From assembly GCA_964016885.1 (NCBI GenBank), contig OZ024740.1:204848001-204912000 (forward strand): DNA of 64,000 nucleotides, read 5' to 3'. The notes below the pieces were generated by a model. The model made no database searches. It had not been told where the DNA came from and saw only the letters and a list, made by a program, of their open reading frames with translations. How positions within the stretch are numbered: position 1 is the first letter of the stretch; the number at the start of each line of letters is the position of its first letter. The position numbers and the translations under genes were made by a program. The DNA comes from Eledone cirrhosa (Eukaryota). Below are positions 62,930 through 64,000 of the stretch, piece after piece.

Positions 62930-64000
62930 AATAATAAAGAAAACGGAGAGACTAGAAGATAGAGAGGAAGGGGGAGAGAGAATAGTAGGAGGGTAGCAGT
63001 TAGTAATTAAGGAGGGGGAATAAAGACAGATAGAGAGAGAGTAGTAGGAGGAGTGAAACAGCATTAGTAATTAGTAAGTGAAATATAGTTAGTAATTAGA
63101 GGGCGATAACGAGAGTAAGTTGCTAGGTTAAGAGTGAAAAAGAAGAATGATATAAGATAGATAGAACAGAGTGAGAGTAAGAATGAAATAGAGTTGGTAA
63201 TTAGGGAGGGAAATAAAAAGAGTAGGTTGCTATGTTAAGAGAAAATGGAGAGAAACTATAAATATAGTGGGAGAGTAGTGGAAGGATGAGTGAAAGATAG
63301 TTAGAAATTAGAGAGGGAAATATAGAGGGTAGGTTGATAGGTTAAGAGAGCAAAAGAAGACAAGACTTATATTAAGACACTGAGACAGCGTGTAGTGTAC
63401 GCATGTGAACTTATTCACAATTTATGTTAATAGATTTGTAAAAAGAATTATACCAAGAACAAGAGAGAGAAAATCAGCGGCGATGGTGGTCAAAAGAAGA
63501 TAGTGATGAAGGTGTAGAGAAAAAGAATGATGGTATAGAAAAGAGAGAGAAAGATATAGGCAGGAGTGACGAACGTATCTATGAGAGAGACACTGATGAA
63601 AGTCTAGGGAGGGAGAGAGTAATGAAGGTGTAGAGAAAAACATGGTATATAGAGAGAGAGACGAAGATACAGAAAGAAAGAGTGATGAAGATATAGAAAG
63701 AAAGAGTGACGAACGTGTAGATGAGAGGGAGAAAGACGATGGTGTAGAGAGAAAGAGTGAAGATGTAGAAAATGACGAACATGTAGAGAAAGAAAGAGTA
63801 ACGAAGCTATAGAGGGGTAAAGATAGTGATGGATATGTAGAGAGAGAGAGGCGAAGATAGAGAAAGAGAAAGAGTGACGAAGCTATAGAGGGGAATATAG
63901 TGTCAGATATGTGGAGAGAGAGAGAGAGGTGAAGATATAGAAAGGGAAAGAGTGATAAAGACGTAGAAAGAAAAAGATTGACAGTAGAGCTATGTAAAGA
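62930..64000. repeat. Purine-rich (GA) low-complexity region with degenerate ~25-30 bp periodicity
   Basis: Recurring gagtgacgaa..tagag(a/g)ga motifs. Confidence 0.85.

Overview
Eukaryotic, AT-rich, repeat-saturated non-coding DNA. The SINE/RTE repertoire and (TA)n/(ATG)n landscape suggest an octopus-like cephalopod (inference). No intact host gene is evident; there are only weak exon candidates at 3.9-5.9 kb. The window holds: (i) many copies of an RTE-clade LINE (family A) whose RT carries an inserted C4HC3 PHD-like finger and whose young copies sit in (TA)n; (ii) one near full-length decayed RTE/BovB-like LINE (family B) with two C-terminal C2H2 fingers; (iii) three tRNA-derived SINE families, one borrowing the family A 3' end; (iv) Helitrons, TTAA/hAT/Tigger-type MITEs, and mariner, CRE and Hero fragments; (v) two ~4.5-5 kb minisatellites (49 and 70 bp units), the first expanded from inside an old RTE ORF; (vi) a tRNA-Gly pseudogene. 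The most interesting signal is a dozen short (TA)n-embedded fold-back palindromes, many of which contain hammerhead-ribozyme cores: one complete canonical type I, U3-A8 variants, and several 3' half-cores. In several, the inversion centre maps to the ribozyme stem II. They look like Penelope-like terminal-repeat relics formed by cDNA self-priming at the ribozyme. All calls were made by eye; no databases were searched.
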